Source: an uncultured virus (IMG/VR IMGVR_UViG_3300033571_014589)
Taxonomy: Duplodnaviria > Heunggongvirae > Uroviricota > Caudoviricetes
Strand: one strand, 5' to 3'
Virus record (IMG/VR): IMGVR_UViG_3300033571_014589
Location: 1 to 64,000 of that record
DNA: 64,000 nucleotides
Positions 9,836 through 20,231 of this stretch are shown here, piece after piece (the first letter of the stretch is position 1; each line of letters opens with the position of its first letter). Under the pieces are notes generated by a model that searched no databases, was not told where the DNA came from, and saw nothing but the letters and a program-made list of their open reading frames with translations. Position numbers and translations under genes: made by a program.

Positions 9836-11809
9836 TTATTCTAAATTACCAAATAAGTTAATTATTGGTTTTGTACCTGTTGATAACGCTGCAACATCTA
9901 AAGAACTAATACCAACGCTCACTTTGCCGTTTTCTGCAACTTCATCAATGATAGTTTGATAAATACTTCTTTGTACAAGTATTCCTGTATTAGGAGAACC
10001 ATCAGGCATGTCACCAGTATCTACACCATTTTTTTCCAATTCTTCGATGTATCTTGTTAATAATGAAGTTGTTGACATGCCTGGTTTAACAGAAGATAAA
10101 GTATTCCATAGAGGGTTATTACCCCCTGTCGTTAACCTTAATAACCTTTGAGACAATGAAAGTAGTCTTTGAAGTTCGTCAATTACGTTTTGACATCTCC
10201 TGTAGTCTTCAATACCCTGTATAATACTTAAACCAATATTGATGCCATCTAATATTGCTTTTACGTTTTTCTTTTTTTTAATTAAAATCTCATTAAGTTG
10301 TTGATTTACTAAATCATTAACAATTCTCTTATAATTCTTTTTTATTTCTTTCACCAATTCTTCAACAAAAATTGTACTTATTTTTGATACAATATTCATT
10401 AAAAATTTCTTATATATTCTTACAAACCCATCAATCGAATCTGCCGATAATTCATTAGGTTTTAACGCCTTTTGCATTACAATAAATGGGAAGATATGTT
10501 TAGGCGATAAAATAGTATTAACAACCGAAAGAATAACTACCTTTAAAAATTCTTTATTAATTGTTACATCTAAACCCGTTTGTATTTTTGCTTTCCACTC
10601 AGGATTATTAGATAAACTATTAATCATGTTTTCAGCTAAGAAATCAGGGTCATTTGTGATTAAATTTTGGTCATTAAAAGGGTCTAATAAATTAAGAATT
10701 AATGAATTATTTACATTTAATTTAATATTGGCACAATCCGAAAACTCAATAACCCCTTCATTAAAATTTTTTACTTTTTGTTCGATTTCTAAATTGTCAA
10801 TATCATTAAGTAATATTAAATTTGTATCCGCTTGGTCTAATTGGTCTAATTTACCAACACCTGAAACATCAATTTCTTGTTTATTGTCAAAACACATACC
10901 CAAAAGTCTTTGGATTAGTATCTCCCATTTAAATTGTTCTCTAGATTGGTTATCCGCAAATTTCTTATTTATTGATATAACGCCTGTTAAAGCATTAAGA
11001 ACATTAGTATAAACTTCTTTTATATTAACAACATCGATGGTTAAATAGTAGTCACCTAAAAATTCAACAACCTTATTACCGTTAAAACGAGGTTGTAATT
11101 CTACTTTAAAGAAATCCCCATCAACATTATTGTTATCTTTGGTAACATATGTTATATTAAATAAGTTTTGATTTGTCTTGCCTCTGAAAAGAGTGTTATA
11201 TTCATCTAAATAACTAACACCTTTTTTTTGTATTCTATTGTGTAGTTCTCGATTAAAAGAATATGGTGTTACAAACGGATTAAAATCCAAATTTTCATAT
11301 AAATATTGTCCAGGTTTTTCAGTTGGACTATATTGTAACATATTACCGAATATGTCAATTGAGCTGACGGGTATATATAAAATTTCTGATTTAAATTCTT
11401 GTTCTTGTGAACATCCTAAAGAGGAAATAATCTCATCCTGTAATATATTTTGTATACGACCTCTAGTTGTACGTATAGTACGAATAAATAATTGTTTAAT
11501 TTCATTTAAAGTATTACTATCACCATTATTACTTATCGAATTAATTGCTAAATCAATTAAAGAATCTATCTGTGTTTTACCTTGATTTTGAAAGTTTTTT
11601 ACATTGTTCTTGGTCCCTGAAAGAAAAGATTCATATTTTGCCTTATATGACGCTTCTTTATTATCTAAATTATCAGAATATACTGAAACACCACTATTTA
11701 TTCTTTTGCGTAATTCTGATTGCTGAGCATTTATTTTATTTGCTGTTTTAAAGGCAGAATACTTCTTTTGAATATTTTGATATTGTTCACCTTGTGATTG
11801 TTCCGGCAT
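9836..11809 (-). CDS. Hypothetical protein (probably structural)
   Basis: 657-aa ORF in a co-oriented cluster with the spike gene. Confidence 0.6.
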   Translation of the reverse strand: MPEQSQGEQYQNIQKKYSAFKTANKINAQQSELRKRINSGVSVYSDNLDNKEASYKAKYESFLSGTKNNVKNFQNQGKTQIDSLIDLAINSISNNGDSNTLNEIKQLFIRTIRTTRGRIQNILQDEIISSLGCSQEQEFKSEILYIPVSSIDIFGNMLQYSPTEKPGQYLYENLDFNPFVTPYSFNRELHNRIQKKGVSYLDEYNTLFRGKTNQNLFNITYVTKDNNNVDGDFFKVELQPRFNGNKVVEFLGDYYLTIDVVNIKEVYTNVLNALTGVISINKKFADNQSREQFKWEILIQRLLGMCFDNKQEIDVSGVGKLDQLDQADTNLILLNDIDNLEIEQKVKNFNEGVIEFSDCANIKLNVNNSLILNLLDPFNDQNLITNDPDFLAENMINSLSNNPEWKAKIQTGLDVTINKEFLKVVILSVVNTILSPKHIFPFIVMQKALKPNELSADSIDGFVRIYKKFLMNIVSKISTIFVEELVKEIKKNYKRIVNDLVNQQLNEILIKKKKNVKAILDGINIGLSIIQGIEDYRRCQNVIDELQRLLSLSQRLLRLTTGGNNPLWNTLSSVKPGMSTTSLLTRYIEELEKNGVDTGDMPDGSPNTGILVQRSIYQTIIDEVAENGKVSVGISSLDVAALSTGTKPIINLFGNLE

Positions 11810-11818
11810 AGTAAATTA

Positions 11819-12196
11819 TTACTTATTTAATTTATACTGACCGTCACCACCAGTTTGTTCTATATCTTTTTTAAGTAGGTCTTGTATTAAGTTATCATCA
11901 ATATCAGAAAAAGAAAAATCTTCAGCAATTTTATTTTGTGATTTTTCCCAAATGTTGGACTGTAATTTAGATAATGTTAATTTCTTTTCTACAGTATCAT
12001 TTATAATTTTCTGTTGTTCTTTAATTATAGGTCCAATTATTGCCATGTCGGAAGAATCCTTCATCATTGACAACATTTTGTTTTGAATTCTTATTGCGGT
12101 TGCTCTTTGTTCAACAAGTTCATTATATATTTCTTGCATTAACGCTAAAACCGACTCTTTATTTAACGATATTTCTTTTTTCTTAGGTCTTGTCAT
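11819..12196 (-). CDS. Hypothetical helical protein
   Basis: 125-aa ORF; TATTTAT 4 nt upstream. Confidence 0.65.
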   Translation of the reverse strand: MTRPKKKEISLNKESVLALMQEIYNELVEQRATAIRIQNKMLSMMKDSSDMAIIGPIIKEQQKIINDTVEKKLTLSKLQSNIWEKSQNKIAEDFSFSDIDDNLIQDLLKKDIEQTGGDGQYKLNK

Positions 12197-12222
12197 ACCT
12201 ATAAATATTTGTTATTCGGTTT

Positions 12223-12978
12223 TTACCTATTATCTATCTTTTTAACAAATTCGAAATAAAGTTTTTTAAATTTTTTCATACTTACTCTTATTTCTTTTGT
12301 TGAAAGATTCGTCATCTCCCTCAAAGAGAGCAAAACTATATTCTTGTTAAATTTTTTATTGTCTGTACCAACAAAAATGTTTTCATAGTTTTCAAATAAA
12401 TCAATCAATGATTGACCTAACCTTTGTTCATTTTCATTCAAATTATGGGTAATGATAAAGGTTTTTAGATTATTTCTATAATCTGTAATTATTTTTTCAG
12501 AGTCAACAACCTCTCTATCAATATAGTAGACCATATCAGGTCTATTTTCTAAATCGCTTGAAATGTCTTCGTATGATATTTTTCTATTTGTATCTTTTTG
12601 GTCTTTAATTATTTGACCCATTAGATAATTTTTGCAAATTGTACCAAAATAAGAATAAGCCTTTTTATTTTTATCTGGTATAAATCTGTCTGATTTTGTA
12701 ATTAAGAATGAATGTGTGTCATTTAAAATCTCTTCGAAAGTCATGTCTTTACGAAATAACTTATACCTTCTAATAATTGAGGACACCATTTTTTCAATTG
12801 GTGCCCTCAAAAATTCATTGTAGATAAGATTTCTTTCTTCTATTGTATCCGCTTGTAAAAATAATATTACAGCGTTTTCTTCCCGTTCATCAAAATAATT
12901 TGATGTTGGTTTAGGCTTTCTACCTCTTTTGTTTTCGTTGGTATAATTTGTACCAGAATATGATTCTGCTGCTGGCAT
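12223..12978 (-). CDS. Phage RNA polymerase sigma-like factor (candidate late sigma)
   Basis: Region 2-like segment IEKMVSSIIRRY..FEEILND..F.PDKNKKAYSYFGTICKNYL; C-terminal HTH-like LREMTNLSTKEIR. Confidence 0.65.
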   Translation of the reverse strand: MPAAESYSGTNYTNENKRGRKPKPTSNYFDEREENAVILFLQADTIEERNLIYNEFLRAPIEKMVSSIIRRYKLFRKDMTFEEILNDTHSFLITKSDRFIPDKNKKAYSYFGTICKNYLMGQIIKDQKDTNRKISYEDISSDLENRPDMVYYIDREVVDSEKIITDYRNNLKTFIITHNLNENEQRLGQSLIDLFENYENIFVGTDNKKFNKNIVLLSLREMTNLSTKEIRVSMKKFKKLYFEFVKKIDNR

Positions 12979-13778
12979 TAACCATTGGTTTCTTCATATT
13001 TTATATTTCTATCACTTGTAAAGAAATATTCTTTTTTTGCCGAATCAATCCAAAACTTCGCCTCATTTTCGGTAATTTTGTTTTGCCCAAACTTGTAATT
13101 CCAAAATATTGAGGATTCTCTAAGATTAACATGTTTGTATCCGATTCTTGGAATAGTCATAATTCTTACAGAATTATATGTCATCCTCAACAAGAATTCA
13201 TAGACAAATGTGAGTTTCATTGATTTTTTAAATCCTCCAAAATCTTGAAATTTTGATTTTCTTAAAACCATACCACTAGATTGGAAATTTTGATATTCAT
13301 TTAATAATTCATTGGTTAAAATTCCAATTTCGGGATTAAACGATGCTGCAAAAGTTGCCTCATTTGTATATCCCGCAAATGAACCTTTTTCATCAACATC
13401 AACAACCAAGGGTAAAAAACCATCACATTCAGGGTGTGCGTTGATATAATTCCTAACATTTTTAAACCATATAGATGAATATTCATCGTCAAATTCAAAG
13501 ATTGAAATCCATTCTGAGGATGAGTTTTCAACACCTAAATTAATCTGTGACTGAAAATCAGTGTCACTTGATGTGTTTACAACTTTAATAACATTCAAGT
13601 CACCAAAATCAAATTCGTTTATAAATGTTGTTAATTTTTCATCATCAGTGTGAACTAATACTAATTCATCTACCTTTGATTGTTGTCTTTGTATAGATTC
13701 AATACTTTTTGTAAAGAATTCTGTAAAATCTCTTGAATGAGTTGATGATACAGGTAATATAACTGATATTGTTGACAT
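12978..13778 (-). CDS. Glycosyltransferase family 2-like (GT-A)
   Basis: ISVILPV..SIESI..Q; INLGV; EFDDEY DxD-like motif. Confidence 0.75.
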   Translation of the reverse strand: MSTISVILPVSSTHSRDFTEFFTKSIESIQRQQSKVDELVLVHTDDEKLTTFINEFDFGDLNVIKVVNTSSDTDFQSQINLGVENSSSEWISIFEFDDEYSSIWFKNVRNYINAHPECDGFLPLVVDVDEKGSFAGYTNEATFAASFNPEIGILTNELLNEYQNFQSSGMVLRKSKFQDFGGFKKSMKLTFVYEFLLRMTYNSVRIMTIPRIGYKHVNLRESSIFWNYKFGQNKITENEAKFWIDSAKKEYFFTSDRNIKYEETNG

Positions 13779-13783
13779 AATTA

Positions 13784-14842
13784 TTAATTTTCTTCGTTAA
13801 TTTTATTTAATTGAGTTTCAAATATTTCCAATCTTTTACTGTTAAAATCACTAAATAAGTTGACAGTTTTATTTTCAAAAGATTCAAAATCTGAATATTT
13901 TTCAGCGGTACTTAACCCTGATTCATATAGTTTTTCAGCAATGTTGTCTTCAAGCCAATTTTGAATAAATTCGGCCAAAATATCGACAATAGCATTAGTG
14001 TTATTTGTCCATATTCCATTATCTTCGTTCATCCATTCTGGTTTAATATTTGGTATTTTACCAATGACAGGTGTATTTGTCCTCATAGATTCCAATGGGA
14101 ATGTACCAAATCCTGAAATATCATCAACCCATACAGAAACAAATGAATCTTTTAGTAATTCTGAAAATTCAAGTTGACTAACACCCCTCATATCTCTAAA
14201 AGTAATCCATCTAAATTGAGGATATTTTAGATAAAAAGTTTTAATGATTTTCATTGTGTCCCGTTGGTCTCTAGTATGTACGGACACTATCGGTTTTGCA
14301 GGTATTGTTTTTTTCTGAAATGACTCAGGTATTACAGGTGAAACAACGTCAAAAGAAATATTTTTCATTACTTCTGATATGTATTTCACTTGTTCTTCAG
14401 AAGTTGTGATACATTTTAAGAAACCATATTGTGACCAGCTTGCACCAGGTGGTAGAGTTTCCATCATATAATCATATGATTGACACAATACAATTTTTCC
14501 ACAAGCATATTTTCCTAATTGCTCAATAACGTGACCATACAACTCAGGAACTACCAATATATCTTCAGGTGAAATTTCCAAATTCTGACCTTCAATTGCC
14601 TTATGTGGAATTTCCATGTATTTATCATCCAACCAAGAACCAACTCCTTTATAGTCGTTTTGTTCGTGAATTACTATTACATTTAAACCTCTTTTAAATA
14701 ACACATATGACATCTCATAGATATACCTAATAGATGCTTTCGCATTACCTTTTGTATCCTGTACAAGAAAATAAATTCTATTTTTGTTTTCTTTAAGGAT
14801 GTTAATTGAATTTTGTAGTTTTTCTTTAAAATCAGTATTCAT
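13784..14842 (-). CDS. Glycosyltransferase GT-B (GT4-like)
   Basis: DILVVPE; SGFGTFPLESMRTNTPVIG (E-x7-E-like region). Confidence 0.7.
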   Translation of the reverse strand: MNTDFKEKLQNSINILKENKNRIYFLVQDTKGNAKASIRYIYEMSYVLFKRGLNVIVIHEQNDYKGVGSWLDDKYMEIPHKAIEGQNLEISPEDILVVPELYGHVIEQLGKYACGKIVLCQSYDYMMETLPPGASWSQYGFLKCITTSEEQVKYISEVMKNISFDVVSPVIPESFQKKTIPAKPIVSVHTRDQRDTMKIIKTFYLKYPQFRWITFRDMRGVSQLEFSELLKDSFVSVWVDDISGFGTFPLESMRTNTPVIGKIPNIKPEWMNEDNGIWTNNTNAIVDILAEFIQNWLEDNIAEKLYESGLSTAEKYSDFESFENKTVNLFSDFNSKRLEIFETQLNKINEEN

Positions 14843-14843
14843 A

Positions 14844-15113
14844 TTAAAATTTTGTAATTATTTTATTTGCAAATAATGTATTGAACGCAAATTTAAAGGG
14901 TAAACTCATGTCTTTAACAGAATGAGCTCCCAAGGTAGTATCAACGACCTCATTTTCACTCATAATAACATCTATCATTGTTTTTACCAATTCAAATTTA
15001 ACAATACTCATGTTTTGTTCTGAATCTCCACTAACTGTTCCAGGTAGAGAGATTATTTCTTGAACCTTATCAATATCGATAAAGTAATTTTCGTCAAATA
15101 TTTCAATCATCAT
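14844..15113 (-). CDS. Hypothetical protein
   Basis: Likely start ATG 15113 or 15110 (MMIEIFDENYF) rather than the track's upstream start. Confidence 0.65.
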   Translation of the reverse strand: MMIEIFDENYFIDIDKVQEIISLPGTVSGDSEQNMSIVKFELVKTMIDVIMSENEVVDTTLGAHSVKDMSLPFKFAFNTLFANKIITKF

Positions 15114-15123
15114 ATTATTATAA

Positions 15124-15720
15124 TCATAACGATTTATATACCGAAGTAAAATCTTCAATACTTTTTATTGTGAAATCAGCATCAATATTTTCATTATAAC
15201 AAGTTTCAACCTTTATTGAAGTTTTCTTTTCTGGTTTAGATAATAATAAATCAGGATTTGCGGTAACAATAACATCAAATTTACTCCACATCTTTTTAAA
15301 TGTTGTTTTATTGTAAAACAATATTTCATCTGTTTCCAAACCATATTTTGAAAGGAAAAATAAAGTTGCGGGTTTTTGTTTTGCAACTCCTTTAGAGATA
15401 ACACTAATCGTATCTTTCTTTTTTAGAACATTTTTTTGTATTTCACTAAACACATTAAATGTATTTGCAGATACCGCCGGTGCATGTCCGTTTATACTCA
15501 TTGGAAAATCTATGTACATAAAATTTACATAGTCGCCTTCAGTTGGAAACTTAAAAAAGTCAACAAAATAATGTGATGTAATAGGTTCAATAATTTCATA
15601 ATTAAACTTTTCTTCACCTTCTTCATAGACATAATCTTCAATAAAGAATTTTTCATAAACCGCCTTAGTTTTATCCAAGGTGGCTCTTAAAACTTCATCA
15701 ACATCAAAAGCGAACTTCAT
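15124..15720 (-). CDS. HAD-fold 5'(3')-deoxyribonucleotidase-like protein
   Basis: N-terminal FAFDVDEVLR (DxDxxL); motif IV appears degenerate. Confidence 0.55.
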   Translation of the reverse strand: MKFAFDVDEVLRATLDKTKAVYEKFFIEDYVYEEGEEKFNYEIIEPITSHYFVDFFKFPTEGDYVNFMYIDFPMSINGHAPAVSANTFNVFSEIQKNVLKKKDTISVISKGVAKQKPATLFFLSKYGLETDEILFYNKTTFKKMWSKFDVIVTANPDLLLSKPEKKTSIKVETCYNENIDADFTIKSIEDFTSVYKSL

Positions 15721-16450
15721 CTTCGTATTTCTTTAATATTTTAGTAATTAATGGATTTCTAACAATATCCTGTTCACCAAATTCAAATACACCGATGTCT
15801 TCCATATCTCTGAATTTGGATATTGCATCCCATAATCCTGAGTGTGTTTTGTCTTTGTATCTATCAGTTTGTTCTAAATCCCCTGATATGAAAAATTTAC
15901 TATTAAAACCAATTCTTGTCAATAGAAGTTTCATTTGTTTAGGGGTACTATTTTGAGCTTCTTCAAATATTAAAATGGTGTTATCAATATTCCATCCTCT
16001 AATGTATGCTAACGCTTGAACTTCAATTAAATCGTTTTCAATTAATTTCTCACGATTTTCTTTTCCGATTAGTTTATTCAGAAGATAATAAGATGGACTG
16101 ATATATGGGTCCAATTTTTCTTCTAACGCTCCCGGTAAAGAACCCAATTTTTCTTCAGCTTCAACTGCCGGTCTTACAATCATAATTTTTTCATATGAAT
16201 TAGATGGGTCTTGTAATAAATCAACAGCGGCTTTCATTGCGATATATGACTTACCAACACCCGCAGGACCTGAACAAATGGTTATCTGATTTGATTTTAA
16301 TATATCGTAATATACTCTTTGGTTTTCGGTAAGGAATTTTTCCTTAGTTTGTTTTTTAATAAACTGTGAAATAATTTCTTTTTTTGATTTATATGTAAGT
16401 TGGCCGTCAATAGGTAATACAGTCTTTTTTCTCGTTTGCTTTTTTTCCAT
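15704..16450 (-). CDS. phoH: PhoH-like ATPase
   Basis: GPAGVGKS, RPAVEAEEKLGSLPG, LAYIRG, EEAQN, LLTRIG, GDLEQTD, DIVRNPL; likely start ATG 16450. Confidence 0.93.
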   Translation of the reverse strand: MEKKQTRKKTVLPIDGQLTYKSKKEIISQFIKKQTKEKFLTENQRVYYDILKSNQITICSGPAGVGKSYIAMKAAVDLLQDPSNSYEKIMIVRPAVEAEEKLGSLPGALEEKLDPYISPSYYLLNKLIGKENREKLIENDLIEVQALAYIRGWNIDNTILIFEEAQNSTPKQMKLLLTRIGFNSKFFISGDLEQTDRYKDKTHSGLWDAISKFRDMEDIGVFEFGEQDIVRNPLITKILKKYEDEVRF

Positions 16451-16505
16451 ATATTTTTTATAAAAATAATAATTTTTAACTTTAAGTAAAATAATCACTT
16501 ATTTT

Positions 16506-18062
16506 TTAGTTTTTAAAAAAATCATACCAATAATTATATGTCTTTAAATCATTAGGTGTCCCCCAACATATGTAATTTTCGACTTCAAAAACTTTAACTT
16601 TTAATCCTGTCTCAACACATCTATTTATAACATCGTCAACATAAAATTCATTATTAGTCTTTTTATTATCGGACTTATTTAGTAATAATCCATCTAAAAA
16701 ATATTTACTTTTTCTAAAAAACATGGTTCCAACAATTGCATGTGTTTTTAATGGATTATCGTATATAAATTTTTTACACGATACTGATTTTATAAAATTA
16801 TCAGAATCAACTTCTAACCAAGCATAATCATTTGGGTTTTGTTTACTTGATTGATTATTTCTGAATGACCAAACAATAACATCTATATTTATATCGTCTA
16901 ATAATGTTTGTAATTTTTTAGAATCGTAATAAATTCCATTGTCACTTGCGGATATTAAAATAGGTAAATCCGGATTTAAATTATTTTCATTAATACCTAT
17001 TTCACAAGTAATTGCTTGACCTTCGGTTACCCCTGATATTGTTGTTATTTTAACATTATCAAAATAGTTTGGTATTATTTTATCAATTTTATACTTATCA
17101 AAATGTTCTTTTTGACATATAAAAATTTTATTATTTGTTTTTGGTAAACATTTTACAGCTTCAACCACCATAAAAGAATCATTTACTGATAATAGTGGTT
17201 TAGGCGTTTCATAACCATTTATAAAAAATCTACTACCTAAACCCGCCATCGGTAAAATTAGTGTGGTATTTATTGGACAAATTGATGGTTCAAAAATCTG
17301 TTTTACTTTTTTAAAATAGTTTGACCATCCCTTGTAAATTTCTAAATCATATGGTGTTCCCCATTGTAGCATCTTTTCAATTTCAAAAACGCCAACATTA
17401 AGACCGTCTCGTATCATTAAATTATAAACTAAACTAACATAATATTCACCATTTATATTTATGTTAGAATCAATTAATTCTTGGAAATACTTTTTTACGA
17501 GTTTACCTGACTTAAAATAATATGTACCATTTGATGCGAATTCATTCATTCTATTATTAGTAAATGGTTGCTTTTCTCTAATTTCTGTAACTAAATTATT
17601 TTCCACATTACAAAATGCATAATTATCAGAACCTAACATATGAGGGTGAAATCCAATATAACAAGGTATTAAACCATCATAAATTTTTGTTTCACTTATA
17701 AATTTTTTAAAATCCCAAACAGTTCCATAATCACAATAACTTAGAATTATTTCTTTATTTTCATCAATTTCATCAAATATTTTAGACACACTAAAAACGG
17801 GACCTTTTTTTAAATTATCAGGTATTTCTATAATTTTTGAAGTCGGACATATTCTCTTTAAAATTTGAGACATGTCTGTTGTCTCTAAATGAGTTTTATT
17901 ACAAATAAAAATTACATCTGTAATTCCTGGGAATAAGTTTAAAACATGTTCAATAATTGGTTTACCATCGACCTCAATCAGAGGTTTCGGTTCACTATAT
18001 CCACCATCTAAGAATCTTTTACCAATACCTGACATAGGTATTATTAATTGTATGTTTTTCAT
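16506..18062 (-). CDS. Tandem (two-domain) sugar-phosphate nucleotidyltransferase
   Basis: Two copies of IPM(S/A)G.G.RF...GY..PKPL and two WGTP.DL motifs. Confidence 0.85.
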   Translation of the reverse strand: MKNIQLIIPMSGIGKRFLDGGYSEPKPLIEVDGKPIIEHVLNLFPGITDVIFICNKTHLETTDMSQILKRICPTSKIIEIPDNLKKGPVFSVSKIFDEIDENKEIILSYCDYGTVWDFKKFISETKIYDGLIPCYIGFHPHMLGSDNYAFCNVENNLVTEIREKQPFTNNRMNEFASNGTYYFKSGKLVKKYFQELIDSNININGEYYVSLVYNLMIRDGLNVGVFEIEKMLQWGTPYDLEIYKGWSNYFKKVKQIFEPSICPINTTLILPMAGLGSRFFINGYETPKPLLSVNDSFMVVEAVKCLPKTNNKIFICQKEHFDKYKIDKIIPNYFDNVKITTISGVTEGQAITCEIGINENNLNPDLPILISASDNGIYYDSKKLQTLLDDINIDVIVWSFRNNQSSKQNPNDYAWLEVDSDNFIKSVSCKKFIYDNPLKTHAIVGTMFFRKSKYFLDGLLLNKSDNKKTNNEFYVDDVINRCVETGLKVKVFEVENYICWGTPNDLKTYNYWYDFFKN

Positions 18063-18523
18063 TAATCTTTATTTTTTTCTATTTCAAATATAAAATCTGT
18101 ACAGACACCATAAACATTATTTAATAAATCGGTGTTTATATCGGATAAATTAATCATTGGTATGATATCGTTTTTTGTTAGATTTGATTTTAAGTTATGA
18201 ACCCATAAATGATGAGTACTTGTCAATGTAAAATCGTCACCATTATGACAAAAAAATTTGAAATTACTGTTTATTTTATTCAGATTATTAGCAGATTCTT
18301 TGTTTTTACAATGAAACCAAATATATTCCGCTCGTTTTAACATCCAACTAAGTTCAATTTTATATTGTGGAAAATCATGACCTAGCCAAAATTCACCATT
18401 AATAAATCTAATATCGGCTTCAACTTCATACCCTAATTGAATTGCACAATCAATGTAACTAGGTCTATTTTCTTTTTCAGGTATTGGTCCGTTTACATTA
18501 CCTCTATGGGATATTATTTTCAT
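18062..18523 (-). CDS. GDPD/PLC-like phosphodiesterase (short form)
   Basis: IISHRGN, EN.P.YI..AI..GYEVEADI, LGHD, WFHCKN, GVCTD. Confidence 0.75.
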   Translation of the reverse strand: MKIISHRGNVNGPIPEKENRPSYIDCAIQLGYEVEADIRFINGEFWLGHDFPQYKIELSWMLKRAEYIWFHCKNKESANNLNKINSNFKFFCHNGDDFTLTSTHHLWVHNLKSNLTKNDIIPMINLSDINTDLLNNVYGVCTDFIFEIEKNKD

Positions 18524-18819
18524 ATTTCCTCGATTCTAATTGTTTTATCATCAATAAATAAGTCATAATAGGGTTTATCAACCCTCAATTCATGAAATTT
18601 AACACCCCATTCATTTAATTGTTTATAGGTTAAATCATACCAATCAATTTGTTTTCTACTACCTCTTGCGGTCCAATAAACTATTGTATGTCCTTCATCA
18701 TATAATTGATTTATTTTTTCTATATTCTTATATATCGGTGAGGCGTTTTCATATTTTCGGTCTTTAGATGTTTCACAAATAGTTTCATCTATATCAACGT
18801 AGATTACCTTTAAATTCAT
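18520..18819 (-). CDS. Minimal HAD phosphatase (capsule-biosynthesis type)
   Basis: YVDIDETIC, YWTARG, KPYYDLFIDDK. Confidence 0.8.
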   Translation of the reverse strand: MNLKVIYVDIDETICETSKDRKYENASPIYKNIEKINQLYDEGHTIVYWTARGSRKQIDWYDLTYKQLNEWGVKFHELRVDKPYYDLFIDDKTIRIEEI

Positions 18820-19535
18820 ATTATTTTTATGTTTTCATTTATATCACCAAATAAGTTATTGAACTCTACATAATACCTATCAATTTCTTCTCGATGATTT
18901 TTTTGATTAATACCCATATAATTTAAATAATCTGTTTCATAATTAATACCACCATCTATTGTACAATTTTTGAGATGTCCTATATTATTATTTGTAAATC
19001 TTGATATTGTGTGTATTTTAAATTTTAAATTTGGATATTTTTCTTTTATAATATCTTGTAACTCATATGGTATTGAATTATAACGTACTAGAATAAAGTC
19101 AATAAAATTATCACCATTTAGATAATTTCTGAAACTATTAATTCTTGTATTATATCTTTGTATGAAATTATTAAAATTATTTTCAACAAAATGAAAAGGA
19201 TTGGACCACCGTTCATTTAAATATAAATTACCGTGATATGGGGATTCATGGTTAAATACAAAATTATAATACGTATTATAAATCCATACTTCATCATCTT
19301 TTTGATTGGGAATATGTATCCCCATTTTAGGAGCTGAACGTAATTCCAAATAATTAGGATTACAAAAATATTCAAAATCATCTTTAATACATTCACAAAG
19401 ACCAATGTAATTCGATATCATCATGTCAAATGGACAAGTATTATACCCATCAGATTTATTTTTTCTTAAACCCAATAATAATCCTTCCTGAGCCGCAGAA
19501 CAATTCCAACCTAAACTTATTCCAACTTTATTCAT
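18816..19535 (-). CDS. DUF1796-like (putative papain-like) protein
   Basis: GISLGWNC, PFD, F.H, RY..RI..F motifs. Confidence 0.5.
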   Translation of the reverse strand: MNKVGISLGWNCSAAQEGLLLGLRKNKSDGYNTCPFDMMISNYIGLCECIKDDFEYFCNPNYLELRSAPKMGIHIPNQKDDEVWIYNTYYNFVFNHESPYHGNLYLNERWSNPFHFVENNFNNFIQRYNTRINSFRNYLNGDNFIDFILVRYNSIPYELQDIIKEKYPNLKFKIHTISRFTNNNIGHLKNCTIDGGINYETDYLNYMGINQKNHREEIDRYYVEFNNLFGDINENIKII

Positions 19536-20203
19536 ATTAATGATTTCCTATATTTTTCTTTTTCATCGTTTAATAGACTTTTTATGTCTTTATCAGTGAG
19601 AAAATTTATTCCTGATGTGCTTAAATATATTTCTGCTGATTTTTCACAAATGTCTGATACTATTGAGCATTCTTCAATTGTTGAACCACAGGCAATAATA
19701 CCATGATTTTGTAATAAAATTAATTTTGGAAAAGTATTATTTTCATTAATGAATTGATTTACTTGTTTTTGAATTAATTGAGTTAATTCGTCACCGGGTT
19801 TTGCATAAGGTACAACACATGACTTTTCTCCATTAAAAATTACTTGGTCTGGAAATATACGTTTATTTGCAAATTCCAAAAAATTACTACTTGAAAGGAT
19901 TGAAAGTGTTTTAGTTGGATGAGTATGTGAAATAAAATTTATGTTTCTGTGTTTTAATAAAAAAATATGAAAACCTAACTCCATACTACCTCTTTTTTCT
20001 AAATTATCTATTTGATTTCCGTTGAAGTCGAATTTTACTAAATCATTTGAAGTTAAATTATAGAGACATTTGCCACTCGCTTTAATATAAAAGGTTTCTC
20101 CGTCTTTCCCTGAAATATTACCCTCCATACCAACACAATATTTACTTACCCGTTTAGATAGTTTAAGTAGTTTTATAATTATATTATCTTTAACTGTTTT
20201 CAT
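19532..20203 (-). CDS. Class II aldolase/epimerase family protein
   Basis: EGNIS, IKASG, SMELGFH, HTHP, LLQNHGII; likely start ATG 20203. Confidence 0.85.
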   Translation of the reverse strand: MKTVKDNIIIKLLKLSKRVSKYCVGMEGNISGKDGETFYIKASGKCLYNLTSNDLVKFDFNGNQIDNLEKRGSMELGFHIFLLKHRNINFISHTHPTKTLSILSSSNFLEFANKRIFPDQVIFNGEKSCVVPYAKPGDELTQLIQKQVNQFINENNTFPKLILLQNHGIIACGSTIEECSIVSDICEKSAEIYLSTSGINFLTDKDIKSLLNDEKEKYRKSLI

Positions 20204-20231
20204 TTTTATATGAAAAAATAAGAAAAAAAAA